58,500 nt of DNA, taken from contig CANCJD010000001.1 in assembly GCA_947378275.1 (NCBI GenBank), forward strand, positions 1 through 58,500, read 5' to 3'. The first letter of the stretch is position 1; the number at the start of each line of letters is the position of its first letter. Below the pieces are notes generated by a model, which had not been told where the DNA came from, searched no databases, and saw only the letters and a list, made by a program, of their open reading frames with translations. This document shows positions 30,571 through 39,305 of this stretch, one piece after another. A program made the translations under genes and the position numbers. The stretch comes from Comamonadaceae bacterium (GTDB lineage: Bacteria > Pseudomonadota > Gammaproteobacteria > Burkholderiales > Burkholderiaceae_C).

Positions 30571-32124
30571 ATGACCCGCACCCGATGTGACCGCACGCCC
30601 GCCTGGGCGCAATTGCAAGCCGCCTACCAGGCCAGCGGCAAGAACTTTGACTTGCGCGACGCCTTCGCCGCCGCCCCCCAGCGCTTTGCGCAGTTCAGCC
30701 AGGCCGCGCCGCTGGTGTTTGCCGACCTGTCCAAAAACCGCATCGACGCCGCCACGCAAGAACTCTTGTTTCAACTGGCGCGCGAGACGGGCCTGCTGGC
30801 GCACCGCGACGCCATGTTTGCCGGGGAGGTGATTAACACCACCGAACAGCGCGAGGTCTGGCACACCCTTTTGCGCGCTCCCGCAGACGCGGCCACCGCC
30901 AGCGCCCATGAAGCACAGGCGCTGGCCCAGGTGCACGGCACGCTCGACGCCATGCTGGCTTTTGCTGAGGCCGTGCGCGCGGACGGCGCCATTACTGACA
31001 TTGTCAACATCGGCATTGGCGGCTCTGACCTGGGGCCGCAAATGGCGGTGCTGGCGCTGGACGCATTTGCCGGTACCGGCAAGCGCCTGCACTTTGTGAG
31101 CAACGTGGACGGGCATGAACTGGCGTCCACGCTGGCGCCGCTCAAAGCCAGCAGCACCTTGTTTTTGGTGGCCAGCAAAACTTTCACCACCATCGAGACC
31201 ATGACCAACGCGCAGTCGGCCAAGCGTTGGTTCGAAAGTCGGGGCGGGGTGGACGTGGCACGCCACTTTGCGGCGCTGACCACCAATGTGGCGGCGGCCA
31301 ATGACTTTGGCATCAGCACCACCTTTGGCTTTTGGGACTGGGTGGGCGGGCGCTATTCGCTGTGGTCGGCCATTGGGCTGCCGCTGGCCATTGCCATTGG
31401 CGCCGACGGCTTTCGCGCGTTTTTGGCTGGCGCGCACGCCATGGACCAGCACTTTCGCCACGCGCCCCTGGAGTCGAACTTGCCAGTGCGCTTGGGCTTG
31501 CTTGACGTCTGGTACCGCAACTTCCATGGCTTTACCAGCCGCTCGATTGCCCCCTACCACAGCGCCTTGCGCCGCCTGCCCGCCTATTTGCAGCAGCTCG
31601 AGATGGAGAGCAACGGCAAGCGCGTGGACGCCAGTGGCGCGGCGCTGCCCTTTGGCACATCGCCCGTGCTGTGGGGCGAATCGGGCACCAACGGCCAGCA
31701 CGCCTATTTCCAGATGCTGCACCAGGGCACGGACGTGGTGCCGGTGGAATTTGTGGCCGTCAAAAAAGCACGCCACGCTCTGGACGCGCACCACCCGCTG
31801 CTGCTGGCCAATGTGCTGGCCCAGGCCCAGGCGCTGATGGTGGGCAAGGTGGACGCTGGCGGCCACAAGCACTTTCCCGGCAACCGTCCCAGCACCTTTT
31901 TGCTGCTCGACGACCTAACTCCCGCGTCCCTGGGTGCGCTCATTGCCTTGCAAGAACACCGGGTGTTTGTGAGCGGCGCGCTGTGGGGCATCAACAGCTT
32001 TGACCAGTGGGGCGTGGAGCTGGGCAAAGTACTGGCCAAAGACATTGCGCCGCGGCTGGACAGCGGCGACACCACGGGGCTCGATGGCTCCACGGCGGGT
32101 TTGTTGGGGATGTTGCGGGCTTAA
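30571..32124 (+). CDS. pgi: glucose-6-phosphate isomerase
   Basis: IGIGGSDLG, SKTFTT-ET, DWVGGRYS, QQLEMESNGK, FDQWGVELGK. Confidence 0.97.
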   Translation: MTRTRCDRTPAWAQLQAAYQASGKNFDLRDAFAAAPQRFAQFSQAAPLVFADLSKNRIDAATQELLFQLARETGLLAHRDAMFAGEVINTTEQREVWHTLLRAPADAATASAHEAQALAQVHGTLDAMLAFAEAVRADGAITDIVNIGIGGSDLGPQMAVLALDAFAGTGKRLHFVSNVDGHELASTLAPLKASSTLFLVASKTFTTIETMTNAQSAKRWFESRGGVDVARHFAALTTNVAAANDFGISTTFGFWDWVGGRYSLWSAIGLPLAIAIGADGFRAFLAGAHAMDQHFRHAPLESNLPVRLGLLDVWYRNFHGFTSRSIAPYHSALRRLPAYLQQLEMESNGKRVDASGAALPFGTSPVLWGESGTNGQHAYFQMLHQGTDVVPVEFVAVKKARHALDAHHPLLLANVLAQAQALMVGKVDAGGHKHFPGNRPSTFLLLDDLTPASLGALIALQEHRVFVSGALWGINSFDQWGVELGKVLAKDIAPRLDSGDTTGLDGSTAGLLGMLRA

Positions 32125-34370
32125 GACTTGGTGGGGGCCGCAGCGGCCCCTGCCGCCCTTGCAGCAAACTCCGCCCTCAGCGCCCGCAGCTTCTCGCGTG
32201 GGTCTTCTTTGGCGGTGGTTTTGTCCAGCGCCATTTCCGCAATAAAGCGGCTCGGTAGGGCGGCGACCAGTTCGCGGCCTTTTTTGCGGCGTTTGGTCCA
32301 GCTCACCGCCAGGCTGCGCTGGGCGCGGGTGATGCCCACGTACATGAGGCGGCGTTCTTCTTGCAGATGGGCTTCGCCCGCTTCTTGCGCGCTGGCAGTT
32401 GTGGTGGGCGCGTCGGCATCCGCCGCCTGTTCGCGCAGTTTGAAGGGCAGCATGCCTTCGGTCACACCCACCAGCATCACGTGCGGCCACTCCAGGCCCT
32501 TGGCGGCGTGCAGGGTGGACAAGGTCACTACGTTTTGGTCGTTCTCGCGCTCGCTGATGGTGGATAGCAAGGCGATGGTTTGCGAAACTTCGAGCAGGTT
32601 TTTGACCTCACGCGTGGTCGTGGCGCCCGCCGTGTCGTCGATCTGGCCGCCGCAGCGCTGCGCCATCCAGTCGCAAAATTCCAGCACGTTCGACCATTTG
32701 GCAGCCGCGAGCTTTTCGGTCTCTTCGCCGTCGTGCAGGTGTTTTTCGTAGCCAATCTCTTTGAGCCAGTCGGTCAAAAAGACGCGGGCGTTCTCAGCGC
32801 CCTGCGTTTGCTTGGCGCGAAATTGCAGGTCGTTCACGTAGCGGCCAAATTCGTGCAAGCTGCCCACGGCGCGCGCGGGCAGCACGGCGGCCAGGGACGA
32901 TGAAAACAGCGCTTCAAACAAACTCAGTTTGTACTGGCTGGCAAACACGCCCAGGCTGCCCAGCGTCTGGTGGCCAATGCCGCGCTTGGGGCTGGTAATG
33001 GCGCGCACAAAAGCCGGGTCGTCGTCGTTATTGGCCCACAGCCGAAACCAGGCGCACAGGTCGCGGATTTCGGCGCGGTCAAAAAAGCTCTGGCCGCCCG
33101 ACACCTTGTACGGAATATTGGCCTTGCGCAGCGCCTTCTCAAACGGTTTGGCCTGGTGGTTGGCGCGGTAGAGCACCGCAAAGTCTCTGAATTCCCGGTA
33201 CTGTTGTGCCCCCACGCTTGTCACTGCGTGTACTGCGCTGCCCCCCGAGGGGGCCGTGCCTTGCTCGGGGCGGCCCAGCGCTGCGGCTGGGCGCGCCTGC
33301 GGGAGTGTGCTGGCCAGTCCGTTCACGCGCAGGCTCTGGATACGCGCCACGGCGCGCTCGGCCTCGTGTTCTTCGTTGTCGGCGTCCACCACGCGCACCG
33401 GTTCGCCTTCGCCCAGGTCGCTCCACAGGTTTTTGGGAAACAGCTTGGGGTTGGGGCCGATCACATTGTTGGCCGCGCGCAAGATGGCCGAGGTGGAGCG
33501 GTAGTTTTGCTCTAGTTTGACGACCTTGAGCTTGGGAAAGTCGATGGGCAGTTTTTTCAGGTTGTCCAGCGTGGCGCCGCGCCAGCCGTAAATCGACTGG
33601 TCGTCGTCGCCCACGGCGGTAAAGCGGGCGTCGCCGTCCAGGTGCGCGGCGCGGCTGCCGTCGGGCTCGCAGCCCACCAGCAGTTTGAGCATCTCGTATT
33701 GCGTGGCGTTGGTGTCTTGGTATTCGTCCACCAGCACGTGGCCCATGCGTTGCTGCCACTGGGCGCGCACATCCGCGTGTTCGCGCAGCAGCTTGAGCGG
33801 CAGGCTGATCAGGTCGTCAAAGTCCACGCTTTGGTAGGCGGTCAGGCGCTCTTCGTAGCGCGCCATCACCACGCTGGCCAGGCGCTCGCTGTCGTTGGCA
33901 GCTACGGCCTGGGCTTGCGCGGCGTTCAGGCCGGCGCTTTTCCAGGCGCTGATGGTCCACTGCCAGGCGCGCGCGGTGGCGGCGTCGGTGCTGCCCCCGG
34001 CGTCTTTCAGAATGCTGGTCACGTCGTCGGTGTCCAAAATGCTGAACTGGGGTTTGAGCCCGAGCACCGCGCCGTTGGCCCGCAACATACGCACGCCTAG
34101 CGCGTGGAAGGTGCAAATCAGCACCTCGCCCGCCGGTTTGCCAATCAAACCCTTGGCGCGCTCGCGCATCTCGGCGGCAGCCTTGTTGGTGAAGGTGATG
34201 GCGGCAATGCGCTGGGGCGCCATGCCCATTTGGATCAGCCGCCCGATCTTGTGCGTAATCACCCGGGTTTTGCCCGAACCGGCACCGGCCAACACCAGGC
34301 AGGGCCCGTGGAGGTAGTTGACCGCCTCTTGCTGGGCGATATTCATGGCGTTACTTGGGGTGGCAGACAT
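32121..34370 (-). CDS. rep: ATP-dependent DNA helicase Rep (UvrD/Rep family)
   Basis: AGAGSGKT, TFTNKAA, DEYQDTN, GDDDQSIY-WRGA, LEQNYRS, TLHAAKGLE, EERRL-YVGITRA. Confidence 0.9.
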   Translation of the reverse strand: MSATPSNAMNIAQQEAVNYLHGPCLVLAGAGSGKTRVITHKIGRLIQMGMAPQRIAAITFTNKAAAEMRERAKGLIGKPAGEVLICTFHALGVRMLRANGAVLGLKPQFSILDTDDVTSILKDAGGSTDAATARAWQWTISAWKSAGLNAAQAQAVAANDSERLASVVMARYEERLTAYQSVDFDDLISLPLKLLREHADVRAQWQQRMGHVLVDEYQDTNATQYEMLKLLVGCEPDGSRAAHLDGDARFTAVGDDDQSIYGWRGATLDNLKKLPIDFPKLKVVKLEQNYRSTSAILRAANNVIGPNPKLFPKNLWSDLGEGEPVRVVDADNEEHEAERAVARIQSLRVNGLASTLPQARPAAALGRPEQGTAPSGGSAVHAVTSVGAQQYREFRDFAVLYRANHQAKPFEKALRKANIPYKVSGGQSFFDRAEIRDLCAWFRLWANNDDDPAFVRAITSPKRGIGHQTLGSLGVFASQYKLSLFEALFSSSLAAVLPARAVGSLHEFGRYVNDLQFRAKQTQGAENARVFLTDWLKEIGYEKHLHDGEETEKLAAAKWSNVLEFCDWMAQRCGGQIDDTAGATTTREVKNLLEVSQTIALLSTISERENDQNVVTLSTLHAAKGLEWPHVMLVGVTEGMLPFKLREQAADADAPTTTASAQEAGEAHLQEERRLMYVGITRAQRSLAVSWTKRRKKGRELVAALPSRFIAEMALDKTTAKEDPREKLRALRAEFAARAAGAAAAPTKS
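33207..33310. repeat. palindromic element inserted in frame in rep
   Basis: Hairpins GCCCCC-CGA-GGGGGC (33240-33254) and GCCCAGC-N6-GCTGGGC (33273-33292); encodes about 35 aa that do not fit the helicase fold. Confidence 0.65.
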
Positions 34371-34514
34371 CAGGGAACGGGGGAAACGGGGAGGACAAAC
34401 GAGCGAAGTCGGACAAAGGCCGCAAAAAATGGCGGAAAAAGGGGCGCAAAAACAGCGTGTCGCCAACAGGCATCTTAGCCCGGACGACTGCCCATTTGCC
34501 GGGACAATGGCGCC

Positions 34515-35519
34515 ATGCTTGCCACCCTGACCGTGACCTTTCCCTTTTTCGCCTTGGTGCTGTGTGGCTACCTGGCAGCACGCCGGGGGCTGCTGCCCTT
34601 GGCCGCCATTCCGGGTATGAACACCTTCGTACTTTTTTTTGCGCTGCCCTGCATGCTGTACCGCTTTGGCGCCAGCACGCCGATTGCGCAGTTGCTTGAC
34701 CCCGGCGTGGCGCTGAGCTACCTGTTTTGCGCGCTGGTGATGGTGGCGCTGGTGGTGGCGCTCACCCGGCGTGGGCGCATCGGTTGGAACGACGCTGCCT
34801 TTGGCGCCCTGGTGGGGGCGTTTCCCAACACCGGCTTTATGGGCGTGCCGCTCTTGGTGGCGCTGCTGGGCGCGCAGGCGGCAGGGCCCGCCATCGTCAC
34901 GATTTTGGTGGACATGGTGATTACCACCTCGCTGTGCATCGCGCTCTCGCGCCTGGGATCAGCGGTGCCAGACCCCGCCCATCCCGAGATGGACGTGGTG
35001 CAAACCTCTGCCGCCCAAGCCGCCAAAAACGCACTCAAGGGCGTAGCCGCCAATCCCATGCCTTGGGCAATCTTGTCGGGGGCGGTGGTGTCGGCGTTTT
35101 CCTTGCGCCTGCCAGGGCCCGTGGCCACCACCGTGGGTTTGCTGGCCGATTCGGCGTCACCCGTGGCGCTGTTCACCATCGGCGCGGTGCTGGCGCGCTC
35201 CAACCTGCTGGCCGCCAGCGGTCACGCACCAGCGGTACCGTGGTCCGACGTGCTGCCAGTGGCCGCGCTCAAGCTGCTGCTGCATCCGCTGCTGGTTGCG
35301 GCTGTGGGTTGGGCGGTGCTGGCCGCTGGCTTGCCGCTGGACCGGTTTGCCTGGAGCGTAGTGGTGCTGGTGGCGGCCTTGCCCAGCGCCAGCAATGTGT
35401 CCATGCTGGCCGAACGCTTTGGTGCGGACAACGGCCGCATTGCCCGCATCATTTTGGTGTCCACGGCGGTGGCTTTCATCACTTTTTCAGGCGCGGTGGC
35501 TTGGATGCCCAAGCCCTAA
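34515..35519 (+). CDS. AEC (auxin efflux carrier) family transporter
   Basis: FALPC, FPNTGFMGVP, P-ALF-IG, LPSASN motifs. Confidence 0.9.
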   Translation: MLATLTVTFPFFALVLCGYLAARRGLLPLAAIPGMNTFVLFFALPCMLYRFGASTPIAQLLDPGVALSYLFCALVMVALVVALTRRGRIGWNDAAFGALVGAFPNTGFMGVPLLVALLGAQAAGPAIVTILVDMVITTSLCIALSRLGSAVPDPAHPEMDVVQTSAAQAAKNALKGVAANPMPWAILSGAVVSAFSLRLPGPVATTVGLLADSASPVALFTIGAVLARSNLLAASGHAPAVPWSDVLPVAALKLLLHPLLVAAVGWAVLAAGLPLDRFAWSVVVLVAALPSASNVSMLAERFGADNGRIARIILVSTAVAFITFSGAVAWMPKP

Positions 35520-35651
35520 AACTGGGCACGCAGGGTGCGGCCTGCGGGTGATCTTCGCAACAAAACCCGAGGCATAAGGCGTTTTCCGCTACATTGCAGG
35601 CACTAAAAATTCAGGTTGGTGACGCGCCATGGCCGAGAAAGGAACCGCGCA

Positions 35652-36062
35652 ATGACAAAGTGGACTTTTCTCCTCCTGTTGCTCGGGCTGGGCGGTCCGG
35701 CCTGCGCCGACTGGAATTTCATTGGCAAGACACCCGACTTCACCATGTACGGCGACCCCAGCAGCATCCAGCGCAGCGGCGCGATTGCCAAGGTGTGGGT
35801 GATGGGCGACTACCCCGCAGCCCAGTCGGCGCGCTTTCCGCCGCCCCTGCTCTGGCTCAGCTACTTATCGGTCAAAGAGCTCAAAGAGTTTGACTGCACC
35901 AAGGGCCTGCACCGGACCGTGCGCAGCTCTATCTTTGGAGGCCATTTGGCTAAAGGCGACCCTTTGTACACCTTCGACTCCGGCGCCACCTTCGCGCCGG
36001 TGGCCAATGCGCCTATCGACATTGCGCAGTTCAGATTTGGCTGCGAGGACGGCAAGCGCTAG
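35652..36062 (+). CDS. small exported protein, surface-adhesin E-like
   Basis: Signal peptide (..ACA-DW), D-SSI-R-G..KVW, S-K..EFDC and C-terminal Cys pattern. Confidence 0.6.
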   Translation: MTKWTFLLLLLGLGGPACADWNFIGKTPDFTMYGDPSSIQRSGAIAKVWVMGDYPAAQSARFPPPLLWLSYLSVKELKEFDCTKGLHRTVRSSIFGGHLAKGDPLYTFDSGATFAPVANAPIDIAQFRFGCEDGKR

Positions 36063-36091
36063 CCAAGCCGGGGAAGACGAGCACACGAAAA

Positions 36092-36116
36092 TTCGCGGCG
36101 CGGCGCCGCTCCTACA
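36092..36116 (-). repeat. GTAG-family REP-like element
   Basis: Minus strand reads TGTAGGAGCGGC-GCCGC-GCCGCGAA: GTAG tail plus GC palindrome. Confidence 0.55.
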
Positions 36117-36177
36117 AAAACGGGCAGTTCCCAGTGGTGCCGTAGCCGAAGCAACAAAACCAAATGTGGACTTCGCT

Positions 36178-36228
36178 CCCCCTTTCCTCCCCGCAGGGGA
36201 GGAAAGGGGGCTGGGGGGATAGGCGGGG
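36178..36228. repeat. 15-bp perfect inverted repeat with G-rich tail
   Basis: CCCCCTTTCCTCCCC-GCA-GGGGAGGAAAGGGGG followed by CTGGGGGGATAGGCGGGG. Confidence 0.7.
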
Positions 36229-36242
36229 AAAATCCCAAAAAC

Positions 36243-38450
36243 TCAAATTGCCAACGGATCCACATCAATCGCCCAGCGAATCAGCCCCTTGCACTCCGGC
36301 TGCGCCCGCGTGGCGTGCAACACCCCCTGCCAGCCCGCCAAAAACCGCTGCAAGGCGCTGCGCGAGGGGCTTTCCACCAGCATCTGGGCGCGTTCCACAT
36401 TGGCCACCCGCGCAATCGCCATGGGCACGGCGCTGTACAAGGTGACGTTTTCAAGCACATCCGCCCAGCCGTCCCAGGCCGCCATGTCCTGGCGTGCGTT
36501 GGCGCTGGCGGCGTTCAAAAACGCCTGCGCCGCTTCCTGGCTGCGCGCCTCGGCCCGTACCAGGGCCTGAAAGCTAAACGGCGGCATACCGGCCTGTTCG
36601 CGTTCTTCGAGCTGGCTTTGGGCAAACGCCGGGTAGTCGTATTGTTTGAGCGCGGCGTACAGCGGGTGGGTGGGCACAAAGGTCTGGATCCAGACCTCGC
36701 TGCCCTTGCCCAGCGTGGCGTCGCGCCCGGCGCGCCCGGCCGCTTGCAGCAGCAGGCTGAACAGCCGTTCGGGCGAGCGAAAGTCGCTGGAAAACAGCGC
36801 GCCGTCCGGGTTGATGGCCGCCACCAGCGTGATGCGCCTGAAGTCGTGGCCCTTGGCAATCATCTGCGTGCCTACCAGCACGTCCACGTCCCCCGCATGG
36901 ACGGCCGCGAGCTGGGTCTGCAGGCTGCCTTTGAGGCGGGTGGTGTCGGCGTCAATGCGCGCTACGCGCACCGGTTCGCCCTCAGGAAATTCGGCGCTGA
37001 CCGAGTTGGGGCGGCGGATGTCGGCCAGTAGCGCTTCGAGCTGCTCTTCGATTTGTTCGGTGCCTCGGCCCAGGGGCGCGATGTCCACATTGCCGCAGCC
37101 AGGGCAGGCGCGCGGCACGCGTTCGGTAAAGCCGCAGTGGTGGCAGCGCAGCGTGCGGTCCGCCTTGTGGAAAACCCGAAAGGCGCTGCAGTGCGCGCAT
37201 TCGCTTTTCCAGCCGCAGTCGGTGCAGTGCAGCACCGGGGCGTAGCCGCGCCGGTTCAAAAACACCATGCTTTGCTCGCCGCGTGCCACGCAGGCGCGGA
37301 TGGCGTCCAGCAGCGGCAGCGAAAAAATGGCCTTGCGCGGCTGGTGGTTCATGTCCACCCGGCGCACCAAGGGCAAATCAGTGGCGCTGGCGCCTATGCG
37401 CCCGGGCATCAAGAGGCGCTGGTAGCGCCCGCCCTCAGCGGCCGGGCGGCTTTGGTGCCAGCTTTCCAGTGAAGGCGTGGCCGAACCCAGCAGCACCTTG
37501 GCGCCCTGCAGACGGCCCCGGTAAACCGCCAGGTCGCGGGCGGAGTAGCGTGCGCCTTCGCCGCTTTTGTAGCTCGGGTCGTGTTCTTCATCGACCACGA
37601 TGAATTTGAGTTGCGGCATGGAGGCAAAGACCGCCATGCGCGTGCCCAGCACAATGCGCGCGCTGCCCTCGTGCGCGGCCAGCCAGGCGGCCAGGCGCTG
37701 CGGGTTGGTCATGCCGCTGTGCAGGCTGACCACGGCGTGCGCCCCAATGAGCGGCGCAAAGCGTTCCTGAAACCGTGCTTCGAGCTGCGGTGTGAGGTTG
37801 ATCTCCGGCACCATGACCAGCGCCTGCGCGCTGGGGTCTTGTGCCAGCAGGGTTTGCACGCAGTGCAAATAGACCTCGGTTTTGCCACTGCCCGTAGCGC
37901 CAAACAGCAAAAAAGGCCCGTCGTGCGCGGCAATTTGCACCACGGCTTGGGTTTGTTCGGCGCTGAGCGCAGGCCCTGGGGGGGGCGTGGTCGGGTGCGT
38001 GCTGGCTTCTTGCGGTGATTCGGCGGCATCGGCTTCGGCCTGGGCCGTGGCCTTTGCCGCCTTCTCGGCACCGCGCTGGCTGCGCAGCAAACGCCGCTGC
38101 ATCTGCACGGGCGAGAGATCACGCAACTGGGGCGGCAGTGCGGCCAGTGCGACCTCGCCCAGCGAGCGCTGGTAGTACTGGGCGCTAAAGCGCATCAGCT
38201 GCTGCCAGGCCTCACCCAGAGGCGCAACCGTCTCGAGCACGCCGGCAATCTCGCGCACCTTGTTGTTGTCAATTTCGCCGCTGGATTCTTGCGCTGCGTC
38301 TTGCCACACGACGCCCAGGGTTTCGCGTTTGCCCAGAGGCACGCGCACCAGCGTGCCAGCTGGCAAGGGTGTGGCGTAGCGGTAAGTCAATACCGGGCCG
38401 AGCGCGGCATGCGCCGGGGTGTGGACCAGGACTGAAATCCAGTTGCTCAT
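36243..38450 (-). CDS. priA: primosomal protein N' (replication restart helicase)
   Basis: GATGSGKTEVY, VPEINLTPQ, DEEHD, SATPSLES, NRRGYA, four CxxC pairs, GTQMIAKGHDF, IDVDP. Confidence 0.96.
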   Translation of the reverse strand: MSNWISVLVHTPAHAALGPVLTYRYATPLPAGTLVRVPLGKRETLGVVWQDAAQESSGEIDNNKVREIAGVLETVAPLGEAWQQLMRFSAQYYQRSLGEVALAALPPQLRDLSPVQMQRRLLRSQRGAEKAAKATAQAEADAAESPQEASTHPTTPPPGPALSAEQTQAVVQIAAHDGPFLLFGATGSGKTEVYLHCVQTLLAQDPSAQALVMVPEINLTPQLEARFQERFAPLIGAHAVVSLHSGMTNPQRLAAWLAAHEGSARIVLGTRMAVFASMPQLKFIVVDEEHDPSYKSGEGARYSARDLAVYRGRLQGAKVLLGSATPSLESWHQSRPAAEGGRYQRLLMPGRIGASATDLPLVRRVDMNHQPRKAIFSLPLLDAIRACVARGEQSMVFLNRRGYAPVLHCTDCGWKSECAHCSAFRVFHKADRTLRCHHCGFTERVPRACPGCGNVDIAPLGRGTEQIEEQLEALLADIRRPNSVSAEFPEGEPVRVARIDADTTRLKGSLQTQLAAVHAGDVDVLVGTQMIAKGHDFRRITLVAAINPDGALFSSDFRSPERLFSLLLQAAGRAGRDATLGKGSEVWIQTFVPTHPLYAALKQYDYPAFAQSQLEEREQAGMPPFSFQALVRAEARSQEAAQAFLNAASANARQDMAAWDGWADVLENVTLYSAVPMAIARVANVERAQMLVESPSRSALQRFLAGWQGVLHATRAQPECKGLIRWAIDVDPLAI

Positions 38451-38535
38451 GCCATGGCGGCGTGCGTTGGGGTTGCGCCAGCCCGCTTGCGTGCGATAGC
38501 GAACCATTTGCATGATTTAAAGGCAGAGCCTGTGC

Positions 38536-38776
38536 TAAGTCCTTGATTCGTATAGAAAAGGCTGCTTACCCCCAAATACTGTGGATAACTTTGTTGATAT
38601 CCCTGCCAGTATCTGGTTTTGCCTGCGCAGAAGGGCTGAATTCCTAGTTTGCCTAGAAATTCAGCATTTTTGTAAAGTTCTTTTAAATCAATCACTTAGG
38701 CGTTTTTCTGGAGGGGTGGCGGGGTTTGCCGGTCGGACGGCACAGGCCATAAACCCCCCCCCATTTTTGTGCATAA
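38536..38776. promoter_or_regulatory. DnaA-box/IHF/Fis module, copy 1
   Basis: IHF consensus WATCAAN4TTR at 38536-38548 (minus) and 38686-38698 (plus); DnaA boxes TGTGGATAA 38580-38588 and TGTGCATAA 38768-38776; Fis-like 15-mer 38651-38665. Confidence 0.75.
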
Positions 38777-38957
38777 CTGGCGTCCAGTCAGCCATTATTG
38801 GACTTTTTAGAGGTATTTTTGGTGTACGCAAGGCCACGCCAATTTAGAAGCTCTTGGGCCGCACGGCAACATTGCGTAAATCAGCCCTGGATGCGGCCAA
38901 AGTCTGGCATTTTTTGAGTTGCGTCCCTGGATTCATGTGAACTGTGCAAATTCACGC

Positions 38958-39197
38958 CAAGTCATTGATTTGCATGCATTTTTGGTTTTCTCCGCATTTT
39001 CTGTGGATAACTTTGTTGATATCTTCAGCGCCAGGCCCGCCGCGCTAGGGAAATCACATGTTTTGCCCGTGTGCCTTGAAAATGCGCAAAAAATAAATTC
39101 CTTATAAATCAATTGCTTAGCGTTCTATCGGCTGAGGGGCGAAGTGGCTGCTGCCCATTGCAAAGCCGCCGGGGTGTCCCCCTATTTTTGTGTACAA
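38958..39197. promoter_or_regulatory. DnaA-box/IHF/Fis module, copy 2
   Basis: IHF sites 38958-38970 (minus) and 39107-39119 (plus); TGTGGATAA 39002-39010; TGTGTACAA 39189-39197; Fis-like 39073-39087; 23 bp identical to copy 1. Confidence 0.75.
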
Positions 39198-39305
39198 CTA
39201 CTGATAACCCTCACAAAAACCGGTGAAAAAGGTGGTATGCGTGAGGCCCTGAATCCATGCCACACGCGGGGCCACTGCCCCGGCTCTTTGCGGCCCTGTT
39301 TGGGT

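Noticed and set aside
27970-31872. Long antisense ORFs opposite zwf, tal and pgi (also opposite gspE, pntAA and others)
   Set aside because: Shadow frames produced by high-GC codon bias; no motifs or start signals.
38536-39197. CRISPR array or IS ends
   Set aside because: Only two units about 422 bp apart, no cas or transposase gene; motifs match DnaA/IHF consensus instead.
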